Notes under the pieces: generated by a model
Told to the model about the DNA's origin: nothing
The model's input: the letters and a program-made list of their open reading frames with translations, nothing else
Databases searched by the model: none
Made by a program: the position numbers and the translations under genes
In this document: in pieces, positions 17,870 to 28,159 of the stretch
Layout: every line of letters starts with the position of its first letter
Position numbering within the stretch: position 1 is the stretch's first letter
Assembly: GCA_021791655.1 (NCBI GenBank)
Contig: JAJYWD010000003.1
Span: 166-64,165 of the forward strand
Source: Nanobdellota archaeon
Lineage (GTDB): Archaea; Nanobdellota; Nanobdellia; Parvarchaeales; Parvarchaeaceae
Length of the DNA stretch: 64,000 nt
Direction: 5' to 3'

Positions 17870-18190
17870 ATGTATCCGATCCAAATTTGGCATACGCCTG
17901 ATAAAACAACTCTTTTCAACCGCACAACTGAAATGGGAGAGAAAACAGAAGGCGAATTCAATGCCAAGTTCTTGTCGTTAGATTTTGTAGAACTTGACGA
18001 GTGTCCTTTTGTTATATGTGCTACACACAATGACAAACCTATCAATTTAGATGGACCGAAAAAGACAACCGATATTTTCTTCCCGTCCGTTTTCTATGGC
18101 AGCGATTTAATGGATATGAAAAGCATAACAAATAACATAAAAATAAATCTGGATTACAGGGCGACTGAGGGGAAAAATTCGAAAAGCTAA
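17870..18190 (+). CDS. hypothetical small protein in the low-GC island
   Basis: ORF track only. Confidence 0.3.
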   Translation: MYPIQIWHTPDKTTLFNRTTEMGEKTEGEFNAKFLSLDFVELDECPFVICATHNDKPINLDGPKKTTDIFFPSVFYGSDLMDMKSITNNIKINLDYRATEGKNSKS

Positions 18191-18268
18191 TATATGAAGA
18201 TATATTTATTAGATGACGATTTTGCAGCCGTTGGGGGTCATAAATTCAACTTTTAGTGACGTCACTGC

Positions 18269-18568
18269 CTATCTAACTTCAGTAAAAACCTTATGATACG
18301 GTCTCCCCTCTATTATTGTATTACCATAAGAAGTGGTTTCTCTGAACTCCTTGCTTGAAATGAATGTCCTGAAAGAGTCTATATCTTTCCATTCACTGTA
18401 AACCATGTATTCGACAGCAGAACTGTCGCTCTCAACCTTTTTGTATATGGCAGCCTTCTCAAACCCGTTAAAGTTTTCTTTAAGAAATTTAACTACGCCC
18501 GCAAATATGCTTTCGAACTCCGCCTCGTGTCCCGCTTTTACATTGTAATACAACCCTACGTTTATCAT
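18269..18568 (-). CDS. ABM/Dabb-type monooxygenase-like protein
   Basis: About 100 aa with the ferredoxin-like ABM pattern (..VKAGHEAEFE...YSEWKDIDSF..). Confidence 0.45.
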   Translation of the reverse strand: MINVGLYYNVKAGHEAEFESIFAGVVKFLKENFNGFEKAAIYKKVESDSSAVEYMVYSEWKDIDSFRTFISSKEFRETTSYGNTIIEGRPYHKVFTEVR

Positions 18569-18681
18569 GTTTAATCTTAAGGCTGCGTGGATTATAAATT
18601 TATACTTAGGACACTAATTGCCTCAGAGAGAGTAAACATAAATTCTCTTTCGTATCGGCGATATTGACTCCCCAATGAATA

Positions 18682-19248
18682 CTAACGCTTTACTTCCGCC
18701 ACGACTTTCCACCACTTGAATTTCTTTTCTATAAAACTGTCCAGGGAATAAGGATTCGTTCCATTAGAAGCGTTCAAAATTATAAGGAAAAGAAAAACCA
18801 TAGCGTAGATTATTCCAGTGCCTATGTCGGTAGATCCTGGACCGTACGGGCCGCCGAATCCTTCTGGGATAGCCCAGATAAACAGACTAAGAATTAGCCC
18901 TCCGCCGTACGCTGTCTTTCTCGCGAATCCCGCGATTAAACAAAACGCGAGTAGTAATTCGAAAACGCCGGTTACATAGACCAGGACCGCAGAATTACTA
19001 TTGGCCTGAGAAAGCCAAAACGAGAACCAGCCCTGCAACCAACCCGGCTGGCCAGCTGCGACACTTTGAACCATCGATGGAAACGCCGAAACCAGACCGG
19101 GCCAGAACTTGAACTGCCCGTCTATGCCCCACATTATACCAAATATTATAGCCAGGGTCCTGCTTATTTTGTATATATTGCGTGCTATCCAATTATCGAA
19201 GCCTGACAGGGGCTTTTTTCCTCGGGCTATTTGAGTATGATACGCCAT
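18682..19248 (-). CDS. DoxX-like polytopic membrane protein
   Basis: Four TM helices with a DoxX-like arrangement. The ATG (MAYHTQ..) follows the conserved leader block directly; the tracked ORF extends upstream through the leader. Confidence 0.45.
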   Translation of the reverse strand: MAYHTQIARGKKPLSGFDNWIARNIYKISRTLAIIFGIMWGIDGQFKFWPGLVSAFPSMVQSVAAGQPGWLQGWFSFWLSQANSNSAVLVYVTGVFELLLAFCLIAGFARKTAYGGGLILSLFIWAIPEGFGGPYGPGSTDIGTGIIYAMVFLFLIILNASNGTNPYSLDSFIEKKFKWWKVVAEVKR

Positions 19249-19288
19249 TCCTTTGTGACATCCTCCCACGAATGGATTCATGGGCTTC
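19248..19288 (-). promoter_or_regulatory. conserved 41-nt leader block, copy 2, hairpin next to GGAGGAUG
   Basis: The minus-strand RNA reads GAAGCCCAUGAAUCCAUUCGUGGGAGGAUGUCACAAAGGAA. The C-G pair of copy 1 is a G-C pair here. Confidence 0.55.
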
Positions 19289-19468
19289 TTTTCGCACGAC
19301 CATCTCCGAAGAGACCTTTCGGCACGATTTATCGCCGACGGATGGCAAATCGTGGGAACAATCTTTAAATGCACTCTCTGTCCGAGAGCCTTCCGTCAAA
19401 GTGTTCACTCGTCCCATATTTATATGCCTTTATTTTTCTGTGTTCGCTTTCATACGCCTCTAAAGAGC

Positions 19469-19500
19469 GTGGGTTTTCCCGCCCACACTTTATAAACTTT
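19469..19500 (-). promoter_or_regulatory. putative promoter: TATA box with a GGGA-N2-TCCC operator-like palindrome, copy 2
   Basis: The minus strand reads AAAGTTTATAAAGTGTGGGCGGGAAAACCCAC. Confidence 0.45.
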
Positions 19501-19645
19501 AGAGAGAAATCATTGCTTTTGCGTTAAATCGCTTATGCACAGCGGCATTAGACATGTAAAATGCAGATCACGGGCGAGAATTTGCCATATAGGAATGCGC
19601 ACAACCCAAATTAGCTTAAAGACTTATAAAGTAGTGTCTGCTTAA

Positions 19646-20971
19646 GTGATTAATCTTGATATGTCAGTAGATGATAAATTAGACCTTATTCTGAGGAAGC
19701 TAGAAGAGAACGAAAAGAGGCTTAGTGCGGTAGAAGATAAAGTTAAGGCTGCCGAGAAGGCTAACGAAAATATTGAAGATAAAGTAAAATCCGCGCAGGC
19801 AGAGATGCAGGGCACAAAGCCTACGCCGACCGGAAACAGCTTCCTGAAAACATCAAACAGACTATTTAAGCTGCGAAATTACCAGCTAATAATATTAATC
19901 GTGGCCGTAATAGCGATCGTAGTGTATTTCTCATATCCTACGCTTACTGGGGCAAGTAAAGTCACCACTTCAGCGCAGTTTTTTGAGGGCCCGGTTGGAC
20001 AGCAACTGGGACAAAACTACATCATCGGCCTGTCAAATCTTGCTTCACAGTTACAAAGTGTTGGGGGACAACAGATAAGTGGTAAGGTGCAGTGTATACC
20101 GGCACAAACAACGTCTAATGGACCGGCGCCGAAATATTGCGCATTGTCAATGTCGGATAACGATTATAACATAATCCCGATACCTGTGGCAAAGAATGCT
20201 AGTGTACCTACTCTTAGCAACAATGGAAAGCCGACATTTGTATACATAGGAGCACAGGGCTGTCCTTTCTGCGCACAGCAGAGATGGGCTTTCGCGGTGG
20301 CGCTTTCAAGATTTGGGAACTTCAGCAGCCTATTCTACGACAAATCCGCAACGGACGACGGAAACGTACCAACATTCATGTTTAACTTTTCGACTGCTGT
20401 TTACAATGAAGCGACATCCCAGCTACCTGTAAACAACGGTCCGTACGGGGATTCAAATCCCACTCCATTCTTCAGCGGCACCCTTTTCTCATCTCAGTAC
20501 ATAAACTTCGAGGCATTCGACCAGGCAGGGGGTTCTTTTCTAACGAATATCTCCGGCATAAATGCACTTTCGCCCAACATTTACACGAACGTGTATGAAG
20601 AGGGCAACGCAGGTATAAATGTACCCAGTGGAAGTAGTGTACCAAACGAATCGAAAGGATTCGGAATAAAGAACTTCTGGATTGGCGGCGTACCTTTCTT
20701 TGACATTAACAATCAATATGTCTTTGATGGGGCCACCATAGACCCTGTGATATTCAATTCAAATGGGGCGCTGCTGTCCCAATACTCGACACATTCGGAC
20801 CTATTGAACTCTATAGAAAATCCGACCCAGAACTCGTTCGGAGAGACCGTTCTTGGAGCTGCCAATATATTAACGGCAGAGATTTGCTCAACAATAAATA
20901 ACACTGCACCGGTGTGCAAACTGTCTTATATATCTGGTCTTCAGAACATTATAAATTCTGCCTACGCATAA
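19646..20971 (+). CDS. membrane-anchored extracellular protein with a CPFC (CxxC) motif, possibly thioredoxin-like or DUF929-like; cytoplasmic coiled-coil N-terminus
   Basis: One TM helix LIILIVAVIAIVVYF, then GAQGCPFCAQQRWAF. Confidence 0.4.
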   Translation: MINLDMSVDDKLDLILRKLEENEKRLSAVEDKVKAAEKANENIEDKVKSAQAEMQGTKPTPTGNSFLKTSNRLFKLRNYQLIILIVAVIAIVVYFSYPTLTGASKVTTSAQFFEGPVGQQLGQNYIIGLSNLASQLQSVGGQQISGKVQCIPAQTTSNGPAPKYCALSMSDNDYNIIPIPVAKNASVPTLSNNGKPTFVYIGAQGCPFCAQQRWAFAVALSRFGNFSSLFYDKSATDDGNVPTFMFNFSTAVYNEATSQLPVNNGPYGDSNPTPFFSGTLFSSQYINFEAFDQAGGSFLTNISGINALSPNIYTNVYEEGNAGINVPSGSSVPNESKGFGIKNFWIGGVPFFDINNQYVFDGATIDPVIFNSNGALLSQYSTHSDLLNSIENPTQNSFGETVLGAANILTAEICSTINNTAPVCKLSYISGLQNIINSAYA

Positions 20972-21000
20972 GACAGTTGAACAGTGGCTTATGCTGAGTT

Positions 21001-21540
21001 ATGAAAAAAGAACTATCTCATAAAGAGTACCGACGCAAAAGACACAAAAGGAACGTTGAGAACATCCTGCTACCAATTTTTATAAGCGCGATTGTACTCG
21101 TTTTTCTGGTCTTCCTACTGGATTATATAAGCTTTGACATTAGAACGACGTTAGGCTCATCTGCGCTGATATTTTCATCATTCGCCAGCAGTGCCTTCAT
21201 ACTCTTCCTTATGCCTTACTCTAAGGCCGCCAAAAGAACGAGATTCATAAAGAGCTACATACTAGCAGCCCTGGTAGGGTACGGCGGTTTTGTGCTCGGC
21301 GGGTACCTAAATTTCTATCTTGTCATAGGACTCAGTTTTTTTGTAGTGTCTCTTCTGTTGTTTGAAACGGACAGCGAACACCCTCCCGCGTTAGGTATAA
21401 CGATGGCGTTCCTATTATTTCGTGTTCCTTTTTCAGGCATACTCATAGTATTGCTAGGTGTCGTTATCCTAGTGGTTGCAAAGACATTGCTTCAGACGAT
21501 CGGCATAGCCGTAAAATCCGGTACTATACACATAAGATAA
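21001..21540 (+). CDS. HPP-family integral membrane protein
   Basis: An HPP motif (SEHPPALG) lies inside a polytopic membrane protein. Confidence 0.45.
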   Translation: MKKELSHKEYRRKRHKRNVENILLPIFISAIVLVFLVFLLDYISFDIRTTLGSSALIFSSFASSAFILFLMPYSKAAKRTRFIKSYILAALVGYGGFVLGGYLNFYLVIGLSFFVVSLLLFETDSEHPPALGITMAFLLFRVPFSGILIVLLGVVILVVAKTLLQTIGIAVKSGTIHIR

Positions 21541-21583
21541 TGCAAATACTACAGGGAAGACAACTAAAGAGTTTAGATACAAA

Positions 21584-21669
21584 CGCTCAGGGTGGGATTT
21601 GAACCCACACGGGCGTAAAGCCCATACGATCTCCAGTCGTACACGTTTGCCGGGTTTCGTTACCTGAGC
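21584..21669 (-). tRNA. tRNA-Ser (anticodon GGA), class II
   Basis: The reverse complement is GCTCAGG TA ACG..CGT G TACGA CTGGAGA TCGTA TGGGCTTTACGCCCG TGTGGG TTCAAAT CCCAC CCTGAGC G. Confidence 0.8.
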
Positions 21670-21672
21670 ATT

Positions 21673-23592
21673 TCACACGGTTATATCGAGCGCCCTTGCG
21701 CTTATGGAGTCCGCACATTTGGAGGCGAACTCTTCGGGATTTACACCGTACTTAACCTTGCCCTTGCGGTCTCTTATTGCGATAGTCTTAGCTTTTTCTT
21801 CCTTTTCTCCGGCTATCGCCAAGTACGGTATTTTTTTCAACTGTTTTTCTCTCACTTTATAGTCCAGAGTCGCATTCGAATCATCTAGTTCCGCTCTAAG
21901 ACCGCACTTCGAAAGTATTTCCTTTATTTTCCTTGCGTACTCCACATTCTTGTCGGTTACGGTAAGGATCGCCACTTGCGTGGGAGAAAGCCATAAGGGC
22001 AGATCGCCGGCAGTGTTCTCCAGTATAATACCAAGAAAACGGCCGATGGAGCCCATCACCGCCCGATGTATTACTATAGGAACATGCTCTTTATTGTCCG
22101 AGCCGATGTACTTGACATCAAATCTCCTTGCAAGATTGAAATCGATCTGCACAGTGAACACAGTATAAGCGGATTCCGGTCTGCCCGTAAAATCAAGCAC
22201 GTAAACGTCTATTTTCGGGCCGTAAAACGCCCCGTCTCCTTCCTTTATAGTATATTTGTATCCTTTTCGTTCTAGGACTTTCTTAAGGATAGACTCGCCA
22301 AGATCCCACTCCTCCTCTGTGCCTATCCTCTCCTTTGGTCTTGTAGCTAGCGTCATTATCGGCACGAATTTGAAAAGCGAATACACTTCTTCCATCAACT
22401 CGAACACTCTTATTATTTCGTCCTCGACCTGATCCTTGGTTGCAAATATATGTGCATCGTTCTGTTCAAACAATCTGGTTCTAAAAAGCCCATCAAGAGT
22501 CCCTTCCAGCTCGTACCTATGCAAAAAGCCGTAGTCGGCAAATCTTAAAGGCAGCTCCCTGTAGCTCCGAGTTTTGGACTTAAATACGACGGTTGAGAAC
22601 GGGCAGTTCATAGGTTTAAGCGCGTACTCTTCTTCTTCGTTTGAGAACGGGCTGACCCTGTACATATTTTCCCGGTACTTCTCATAATGTCCACTAGTCT
22701 TCCATACATCTGATTTGGCCATTATTGGGGTTATTATTTCCTGATATCCATACTTAGCGTCCATTTCCCTTGCCAGTTTAAGAAGTTCGTTGTACACTAT
22801 GGCGCCTTTCGGCAAAAAGAACGGAGAACCTGGAGATAAACTGGAAGTTTCAAAGAGTTCGAGCTCCTTCCCTATTTTTTTGTGGTCGTGCTTACCTCTT
22901 TCCGCCTCTGTCTTAAGATATTCATCAAGATCTCTGGTCGAGGGGAATGTAACGCCGTACACGCGGGTCATCACTTCACGCTTACTGTCTCCACGCCAAT
23001 AAGCACCGGCGACTTTAGTTAGTTTTATGCCTTTTATCAGCTTAGCAGAAGGGATATGGGGTCCCCTGCAAAGATCAATGAAGTCGCCGGTCTCATAAAC
23101 CGTTATCTCACCGTTCATCTGGTCGAGTAGTTCCATCTTGAACTTATTTGTGCTCAGTAGCTTTTTCCCCTCTTCTTTCGTTATCTGTTTCCTCAAAAAT
23201 CTTAGGTCCTTAGCTGCTATCTCCTTCATCCTGTTTTCTATAGTTGGAAGGTCATTATCCCCCAGCTTCAAATTGTAGAAATCGTAATAGAACCCCTCAT
23301 CGATTGCAGGACCGATTCCCAACAAAGCTTCCGGGTGCAATTCCTTTATAGCTATAGCCATCAGGTGTGAACTAGAATGCCAGAAGACCTGTTTGCCACC
23401 CTTGGAGTTAAAATCGAGGAATTCTATTGAGCAGTCCTCGTTTATTTCACGATACAGATCGACCAGGACACCGTTAACCTTTGCAACGAGAATCCCCTTT
23501 AAATCTACGCCGAGCTCCTTTGCTATCTCTACTGGGGTGGAACGCGCCCTCACCGATATTTCTCTGTCCTTGAAATGTATTTTCGTACGCAT
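21673..23592 (-). CDS. thrS: threonyl-tRNA synthetase
   Basis: Class II aaRS core with ThrRS-specific segments and a C-terminal anticodon-binding domain; 639 aa. Confidence 0.85.
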   Translation of the reverse strand: MRTKIHFKDREISVRARSTPVEIAKELGVDLKGILVAKVNGVLVDLYREINEDCSIEFLDFNSKGGKQVFWHSSSHLMAIAIKELHPEALLGIGPAIDEGFYYDFYNLKLGDNDLPTIENRMKEIAAKDLRFLRKQITKEEGKKLLSTNKFKMELLDQMNGEITVYETGDFIDLCRGPHIPSAKLIKGIKLTKVAGAYWRGDSKREVMTRVYGVTFPSTRDLDEYLKTEAERGKHDHKKIGKELELFETSSLSPGSPFFLPKGAIVYNELLKLAREMDAKYGYQEIITPIMAKSDVWKTSGHYEKYRENMYRVSPFSNEEEEYALKPMNCPFSTVVFKSKTRSYRELPLRFADYGFLHRYELEGTLDGLFRTRLFEQNDAHIFATKDQVEDEIIRVFELMEEVYSLFKFVPIMTLATRPKERIGTEEEWDLGESILKKVLERKGYKYTIKEGDGAFYGPKIDVYVLDFTGRPESAYTVFTVQIDFNLARRFDVKYIGSDNKEHVPIVIHRAVMGSIGRFLGIILENTAGDLPLWLSPTQVAILTVTDKNVEYARKIKEILSKCGLRAELDDSNATLDYKVREKQLKKIPYLAIAGEKEEKAKTIAIRDRKGKVKYGVNPEEFASKCADSISARALDITV

Positions 23593-23643
23593 CGCTTCTG
23601 ATAGGATAATAGAAGCTAGCTCCCAAATTAAAGCCTTAACGGC

Positions 23644-24339
23644 CTAGAAAACAGGCTGGTCCTGGAATATTTGTATCCCGTTGTTCGTTATCTCGAAAGG
23701 GTGCATTCCGTTACTGTGTGAGGAGAACCTCATCTTTATTATAGAGATTGTGGTCTGATAGAAGTTCTGGTTATAAAGCATCGACAGAAGTATTACGGTG
23801 TCGGACAGATAAAGCGGAATCGCTATGTCTTCGGACAGCTCCAGCTTGTTTATGTCGCCGTACTTTTCTATGGTCACGAGCGTGGTACCGAACGAACGAA
23901 GTATGGAAAACGTCGAATCAAGCACGTTTCTCTGCAGGGATACGTCTTTAACCTCCCACAGGAACGGCGTAAGGGGGTCTATAACTATCCTTGCGTGCTT
24001 GCCTTCACGGCTTTTCAGGATGCCCGGCAAATCGACGGACAAAAACGTCTTAAAATCGTGTCCACTCATCTTTGAAAAGACGAAGTTAGAATTCAGATTT
24101 TCACGGAATTCTTTAAAGCCAAGCGCATCCGCTTCGTTCAAAAATGAACCCACATCCTGCTCTAGGCTTATGTAGAAGACTTTCTCACCGTTCTTTAACC
24201 CTTCAAGCAGAAATTCTGCGCAAAGTATACTTTTTCCAGCACCAGGTGAACCGTATATGGATGTAACTGTATTCCTTATAAAGCCACTGTTTATCAAAGG
24301 GTCTAGCCCGGCAACTCCGCTAGGTATTCTATCAACCAT
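23644..24339 (-). CDS. single-domain KaiC-like (RecA-superfamily) ATPase
   Basis: IPSGVAGLD..GSPGAGKS (Walker A) .. YISLEQ matches the KaiC/RadA-like pattern. Confidence 0.65.
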   Translation of the reverse strand: MVDRIPSGVAGLDPLINSGFIRNTVTSIYGSPGAGKSILCAEFLLEGLKNGEKVFYISLEQDVGSFLNEADALGFKEFRENLNSNFVFSKMSGHDFKTFLSVDLPGILKSREGKHARIVIDPLTPFLWEVKDVSLQRNVLDSTFSILRSFGTTLVTIEKYGDINKLELSEDIAIPLYLSDTVILLSMLYNQNFYQTTISIIKMRFSSHSNGMHPFEITNNGIQIFQDQPVF

Positions 24340-24370
24340 ATTATTCTATTGTAATTGGTGTATTAATTGA

Positions 24371-26074
24371 TTATCTTTTGAGAGCCAGTAATCCCTCGTA
24401 TGTTCGCGTGTTTATTACGTCCTTCTTCGCAAGCCAGCCCCTCCTAGCGATAGCAGCCGACATTCTTATGAACCTCAACTGGTCTTTTCTGTGTGCGTCG
24501 CTTCCGAGGGAAAACTTCACGCCGTACTCCTTCGCCCGCTTTACCATGTCATAAGAAAGGTCAGATCTGTCTGGGAAACCGTCTATTTCTAGAAATACGT
24601 CGTTATCCCTGCAAACTTGGAATACCTTCGTGTAGTCCATATCGAATGCATTGCGTTCCCCTATCTTCCTTCCGGTGGGATGTGCGAGAGTTGTGATAAG
24701 ACCGGACTGCACAGCTTTTACGACGCGATCGGTAAGGGTCTTGCGATCCATCTTTGTCCACTGGTGTACGGCGCCCACTACAAAATCCATCTTTTTTAGG
24801 AAAGAAGCAGGAAGATCCAGTGAGCCGTCCTTCAAAATCTCTAGCTCTACGCCCTTGAGGACTTTTAAGTCGCTCTTCTTATTAAGTTTGTCTATCCTAG
24901 CATTAAGTTCATCAAATCGTTTACTGTCGAGGCCGTTTGCGACTGGAAGGCTCTTGCTGTGATTAGTTATTGCTATGTACTTATGCCCAAGTGCTTTTGC
25001 AGCCGCCGCCATGTCCTCCAAGGAATTCAGCCCATCGCTATCCTTTGTGTGCGAGTGCAAATCGCCGAGTATCTCGTTATACTTTACTATATCCGGCAAC
25101 GAGTGTGATTGCGCGGCTTCCACCTCCCCCATGTTCTCTCGCAGTTCGGGGGCCATAACATCCAATCCGAGCGCGTTGTATACGTCCTTTTCGGTTAGAC
25201 TGGCGACGACTCTGCTCCCCTTAAACAGGCCATACTCGTTTAGTTTCAGTCCTTTTGAGATAGCGATTTTTCTGAGTTTCACATTATGGTCCTTGCTTCC
25301 AGTGAAGTACTGCAGCGCGGCCCCGAAAGACTTGTCCTCCACTATGCGCATATCACAGTTAAGTCCGATGTCTAGCTTCACTGATGTCTTCGTGTCTCCC
25401 TTGACTATGACTTCTCTAACTTCCTTAAGATTTGCGAAGAAATCCATGCATTTTCTGGGGGTTTTGGAGGTTGCCAGAATGTCAAAGTCCCCTACGGTTT
25501 CCTTCATCCTTCTTGCAGAGCCCGCCACCTCAACGCTGTCAAAAAGCCAGCTCTTCTTGAGCTCCTCCACAAGAGCTTCAAGGTAATCTATAACGTAACC
25601 AAGCATCTGTCTTTCTTCCTTTACTTTCATGAAGATCTCGAAATTGTGCCTTAGCTGCTCCTGGCTCTTTTGTCCGAAGCCCTCCAAAGCGCTCACTTTA
25701 TTCTCTTCGAGAACTCTCTTCAAGTCATCGATATTCTTGACTCTGAGACGCTTATAGAGTGCGTAGGCTCTCTTCGGTCCCATCCCCTGTATCTTTCTGA
25801 AGGTTGCGAGATCAAACGGATAGCGCTTCTTAAGTGACTCGTATTTCGACATCTTACCGGTTTTAACGTACTCCTCTACTGATTTAGCTATGGAAGCGCC
25901 CACGCCCTCGAGCTCTAGCAGTTTTCCCTCTAGATATACCTGCTTTATATCTATGGAGAGTGTTGATATGGTCATCGCCGCTTTTCTGTAAGCCCGGGGT
26001 TCCCATTGCACTCCCTCAATATCGAGCATATCCGCTATGTCGTAGAACATCTCTGCTAGCTCTTGATTTGACAT
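24371..26074 (-). CDS. polX: DNA polymerase X family protein with a C-terminal PHP domain
   Basis: HhH GIGPKRA, a Pol beta-like nucleotidyltransferase region, and PHP motifs HSHTKDSDG / GSDAH. Confidence 0.85.
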   Translation of the reverse strand: MSNQELAEMFYDIADMLDIEGVQWEPRAYRKAAMTISTLSIDIKQVYLEGKLLELEGVGASIAKSVEEYVKTGKMSKYESLKKRYPFDLATFRKIQGMGPKRAYALYKRLRVKNIDDLKRVLEENKVSALEGFGQKSQEQLRHNFEIFMKVKEERQMLGYVIDYLEALVEELKKSWLFDSVEVAGSARRMKETVGDFDILATSKTPRKCMDFFANLKEVREVIVKGDTKTSVKLDIGLNCDMRIVEDKSFGAALQYFTGSKDHNVKLRKIAISKGLKLNEYGLFKGSRVVASLTEKDVYNALGLDVMAPELRENMGEVEAAQSHSLPDIVKYNEILGDLHSHTKDSDGLNSLEDMAAAAKALGHKYIAITNHSKSLPVANGLDSKRFDELNARIDKLNKKSDLKVLKGVELEILKDGSLDLPASFLKKMDFVVGAVHQWTKMDRKTLTDRVVKAVQSGLITTLAHPTGRKIGERNAFDMDYTKVFQVCRDNDVFLEIDGFPDRSDLSYDMVKRAKEYGVKFSLGSDAHRKDQLRFIRMSAAIARRGWLAKKDVINTRTYEGLLALKR

Positions 26075-26075
26075 A

Positions 26076-27332
26076 TCAGTGCATTCCGAATACGAACGGC
26101 ATTATTTCGGTAGCCTTGTCCACGTTGCGTTTGGCGTGTTTTCTGCACTCTTCTTCGGAGAATTTATGGTTTATCCCGAACTCTTTGTTAACCAAGAGCA
26201 CAGGGATCCTATCATTTGTGTGTCTCTTTAATAATGACGAGGTGCAGTGATCTGCGGATAACACCATCGTGTCTCCAGCTTCCTTATCCATTAAATTTCT
26301 TACTTCCGCCACCAATATCTTGTCTATCAACTCTATGATGTGGTATTTTTCTGTATACTTTCCCAGGTGCGAGACCGCATCCGTATGCTTGATATGCATG
26401 TAAATCGCATCGAAAGATTTGAATGCAGACTTAAGCACTTCGGCTTTAAGTCTGAGGTCCGCCTCTGCGTCTGCCAACTCCTCAACATTTAGAACTTTCA
26501 TTCCCGCAGAACGCGCTATGCCTATCTCTAGCGGCATCCCGACTATCGCAGCCCACTTCCTCCCGTATGTTTCTTCCAAACTTGGAAGTGACGGATCATA
26601 AACAGCGCCGTCCCTGCAGAAGACAAAGTTGGGCACAGGGAGACCGCTCAACTTGCGTTTACTGTATACTTCTGATTTCTTTACGATTGCCGATGCCTTT
26701 GCTACAAACTCGTTTGCCAATCTTGCGGTGTAAGCAGCCCCCTTCCTTAGCGCTCTGACGCGGACAACCCTATCGCTACTTGTTTTTGAGGCGATGCCTA
26801 TCTTGTTCCGCTTTGAATAAAATTTCACATCGTAACCCGGCTGATTATTTGAGATAAAATGGGACAGTTTTTTCGTTTCTCCGCTAATCACCAGGCCACC
26901 CCTATAACTGACTCCTGCCTTGAATAAGAATGGAACGCTCAGTTTTACGTTTTCGTTTATTTCCGTCTCAAGCTGCTTTATCTCCTCTGGGCGCATGTTA
27001 ACCCGTACAGTATTTATCTTTCCGTTCGTTACCTCACCAAAATTGACCCTAAGACTCAAGTCTCCTTCATTTGGTGATAACCCCAAACCTAAGCACTCGA
27101 ACCAGCCCCTTCCGGTAGAGAATTTATATGGATCGTATCCAAGATTCGCCAGCACACCTAAATCGCTCTCCGGCGCGAGTTTTCCTAGAACCGAAGGATA
27201 AAAAAAGGCGGAATTAGACAGAAGTGCGCTTATGTTCGGCGTGTATGCATAATCTAAGGGGGTCTTTTGATTAAGCAGCTCAATGGGAGAGTCTCCCAGC
27301 CCGTCGACTATTATGAAAACTAATTTACGCAT
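26076..27332 (-). CDS. apgM: 2,3-bisphosphoglycerate-independent phosphoglycerate mutase, archaeal type
   Basis: N-terminal FIIVDGLGD and the overall ApgM pattern. Confidence 0.8.
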   Translation of the reverse strand: MRKLVFIIVDGLGDSPIELLNQKTPLDYAYTPNISALLSNSAFFYPSVLGKLAPESDLGVLANLGYDPYKFSTGRGWFECLGLGLSPNEGDLSLRVNFGEVTNGKINTVRVNMRPEEIKQLETEINENVKLSVPFLFKAGVSYRGGLVISGETKKLSHFISNNQPGYDVKFYSKRNKIGIASKTSSDRVVRVRALRKGAAYTARLANEFVAKASAIVKKSEVYSKRKLSGLPVPNFVFCRDGAVYDPSLPSLEETYGRKWAAIVGMPLEIGIARSAGMKVLNVEELADAEADLRLKAEVLKSAFKSFDAIYMHIKHTDAVSHLGKYTEKYHIIELIDKILVAEVRNLMDKEAGDTMVLSADHCTSSLLKRHTNDRIPVLLVNKEFGINHKFSEEECRKHAKRNVDKATEIMPFVFGMH

Positions 27333-28095
27333 TTCGAGAGCTTACCTTCGCAAGCTTATTAAATAATTCGGACATTCGTGCCGACTTCTTGCTACTTCTG
27401 GTCTCAGATATGATCTCTCGCAAATCTTCCGCTATCGCAGCATTAGCGTTTATAAGTTCTCCCAATTTCTTTACTAGCAGCGCCAGGCTGGGAATATCCT
27501 TGGCATTGTAGCCTATCGGAACACTGATATTCTGCACGGGCTGTGGTGTAGCGAGCATCGCAGTGCCCGTCGTCGCACTTTGCCCAGACCGAGGTTTCTT
27601 AACTTCGGTATTAACGATAAGTGTTCTAACCGGCGCCTTTGAATGCATTGGTGTGGGCTCTTTAGCTGCAGCCGTTGCTATCGTCGGTGAAATATTCTTA
27701 ACTGTAACACGTTGCTCCACCGTTTTAACAGGTGCGGCTGGCTTAGGTTGCACGCTCAAAAAGTTCGGCATTTTCGGTAACTCGTTAACTTTCGCTCCCA
27801 TCTGGGGCGCGAGTGCCTCCAGATGTACTGGCTTAAGCTTTGCTATCGTCTTCGCCTCTTTAAGCGGCAGGCTGAGTTCTTTATTCATAGATAGGCTAGG
27901 CTCAAATTCCGGTGCTGTGTACTCTTTGCGCTTTAAAAGTGGGTGTTTGTGTTCGGTTTCGCTCAAGGCAATCGATACCGTCCTAGTACGTATACCGAGC
28001 TCTTCTTCAAATGTTTTTATCTGGAGTTTTAGCTGGTCTATCTCGGTAAGCAGGTTTTCTTCTCTAGCTTCGTAGTCGGTCTCCACCATAGCCAT
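27325..28095 (-). CDS. hypothetical protein: coiled-coil ends with a low-complexity P/A/T-rich middle
   Basis: ORF track. 8-nt overlap with apgM. Confidence 0.4.
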   Translation of the reverse strand: MAMVETDYEAREENLLTEIDQLKLQIKTFEEELGIRTRTVSIALSETEHKHPLLKRKEYTAPEFEPSLSMNKELSLPLKEAKTIAKLKPVHLEALAPQMGAKVNELPKMPNFLSVQPKPAAPVKTVEQRVTVKNISPTIATAAAKEPTPMHSKAPVRTLIVNTEVKKPRSGQSATTGTAMLATPQPVQNISVPIGYNAKDIPSLALLVKKLGELINANAAIAEDLREIISETRSSKKSARMSELFNKLAKVSSRNA

Positions 28096-28159
28096 CTAAA
28101 TCATGCCTGTATATTTATGGATTACCTTCACGCCGCAATAAAAACATGGCTGAAGGTAT

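Noticed and set aside
19193-19417. 74-aa ORF within the DoxX leader, and the tracked N-terminal extension of 18682-19374
   Set aside because: It overlaps the conserved regulatory blocks. Similarity to locus 1 is at the nucleotide level, not the protein level, and the composition is non-coding-like.
24975-25586. 203-aa plus-strand ORF inside polX. Similar shadow ORFs occur at 27563-28075, 42237-42836, 6051-6383 and 33345-33689.
   Set aside because: All are antisense to genes with strong homology support. Their Ser/Ala/Leu-rich composition is typical of antisense frames.
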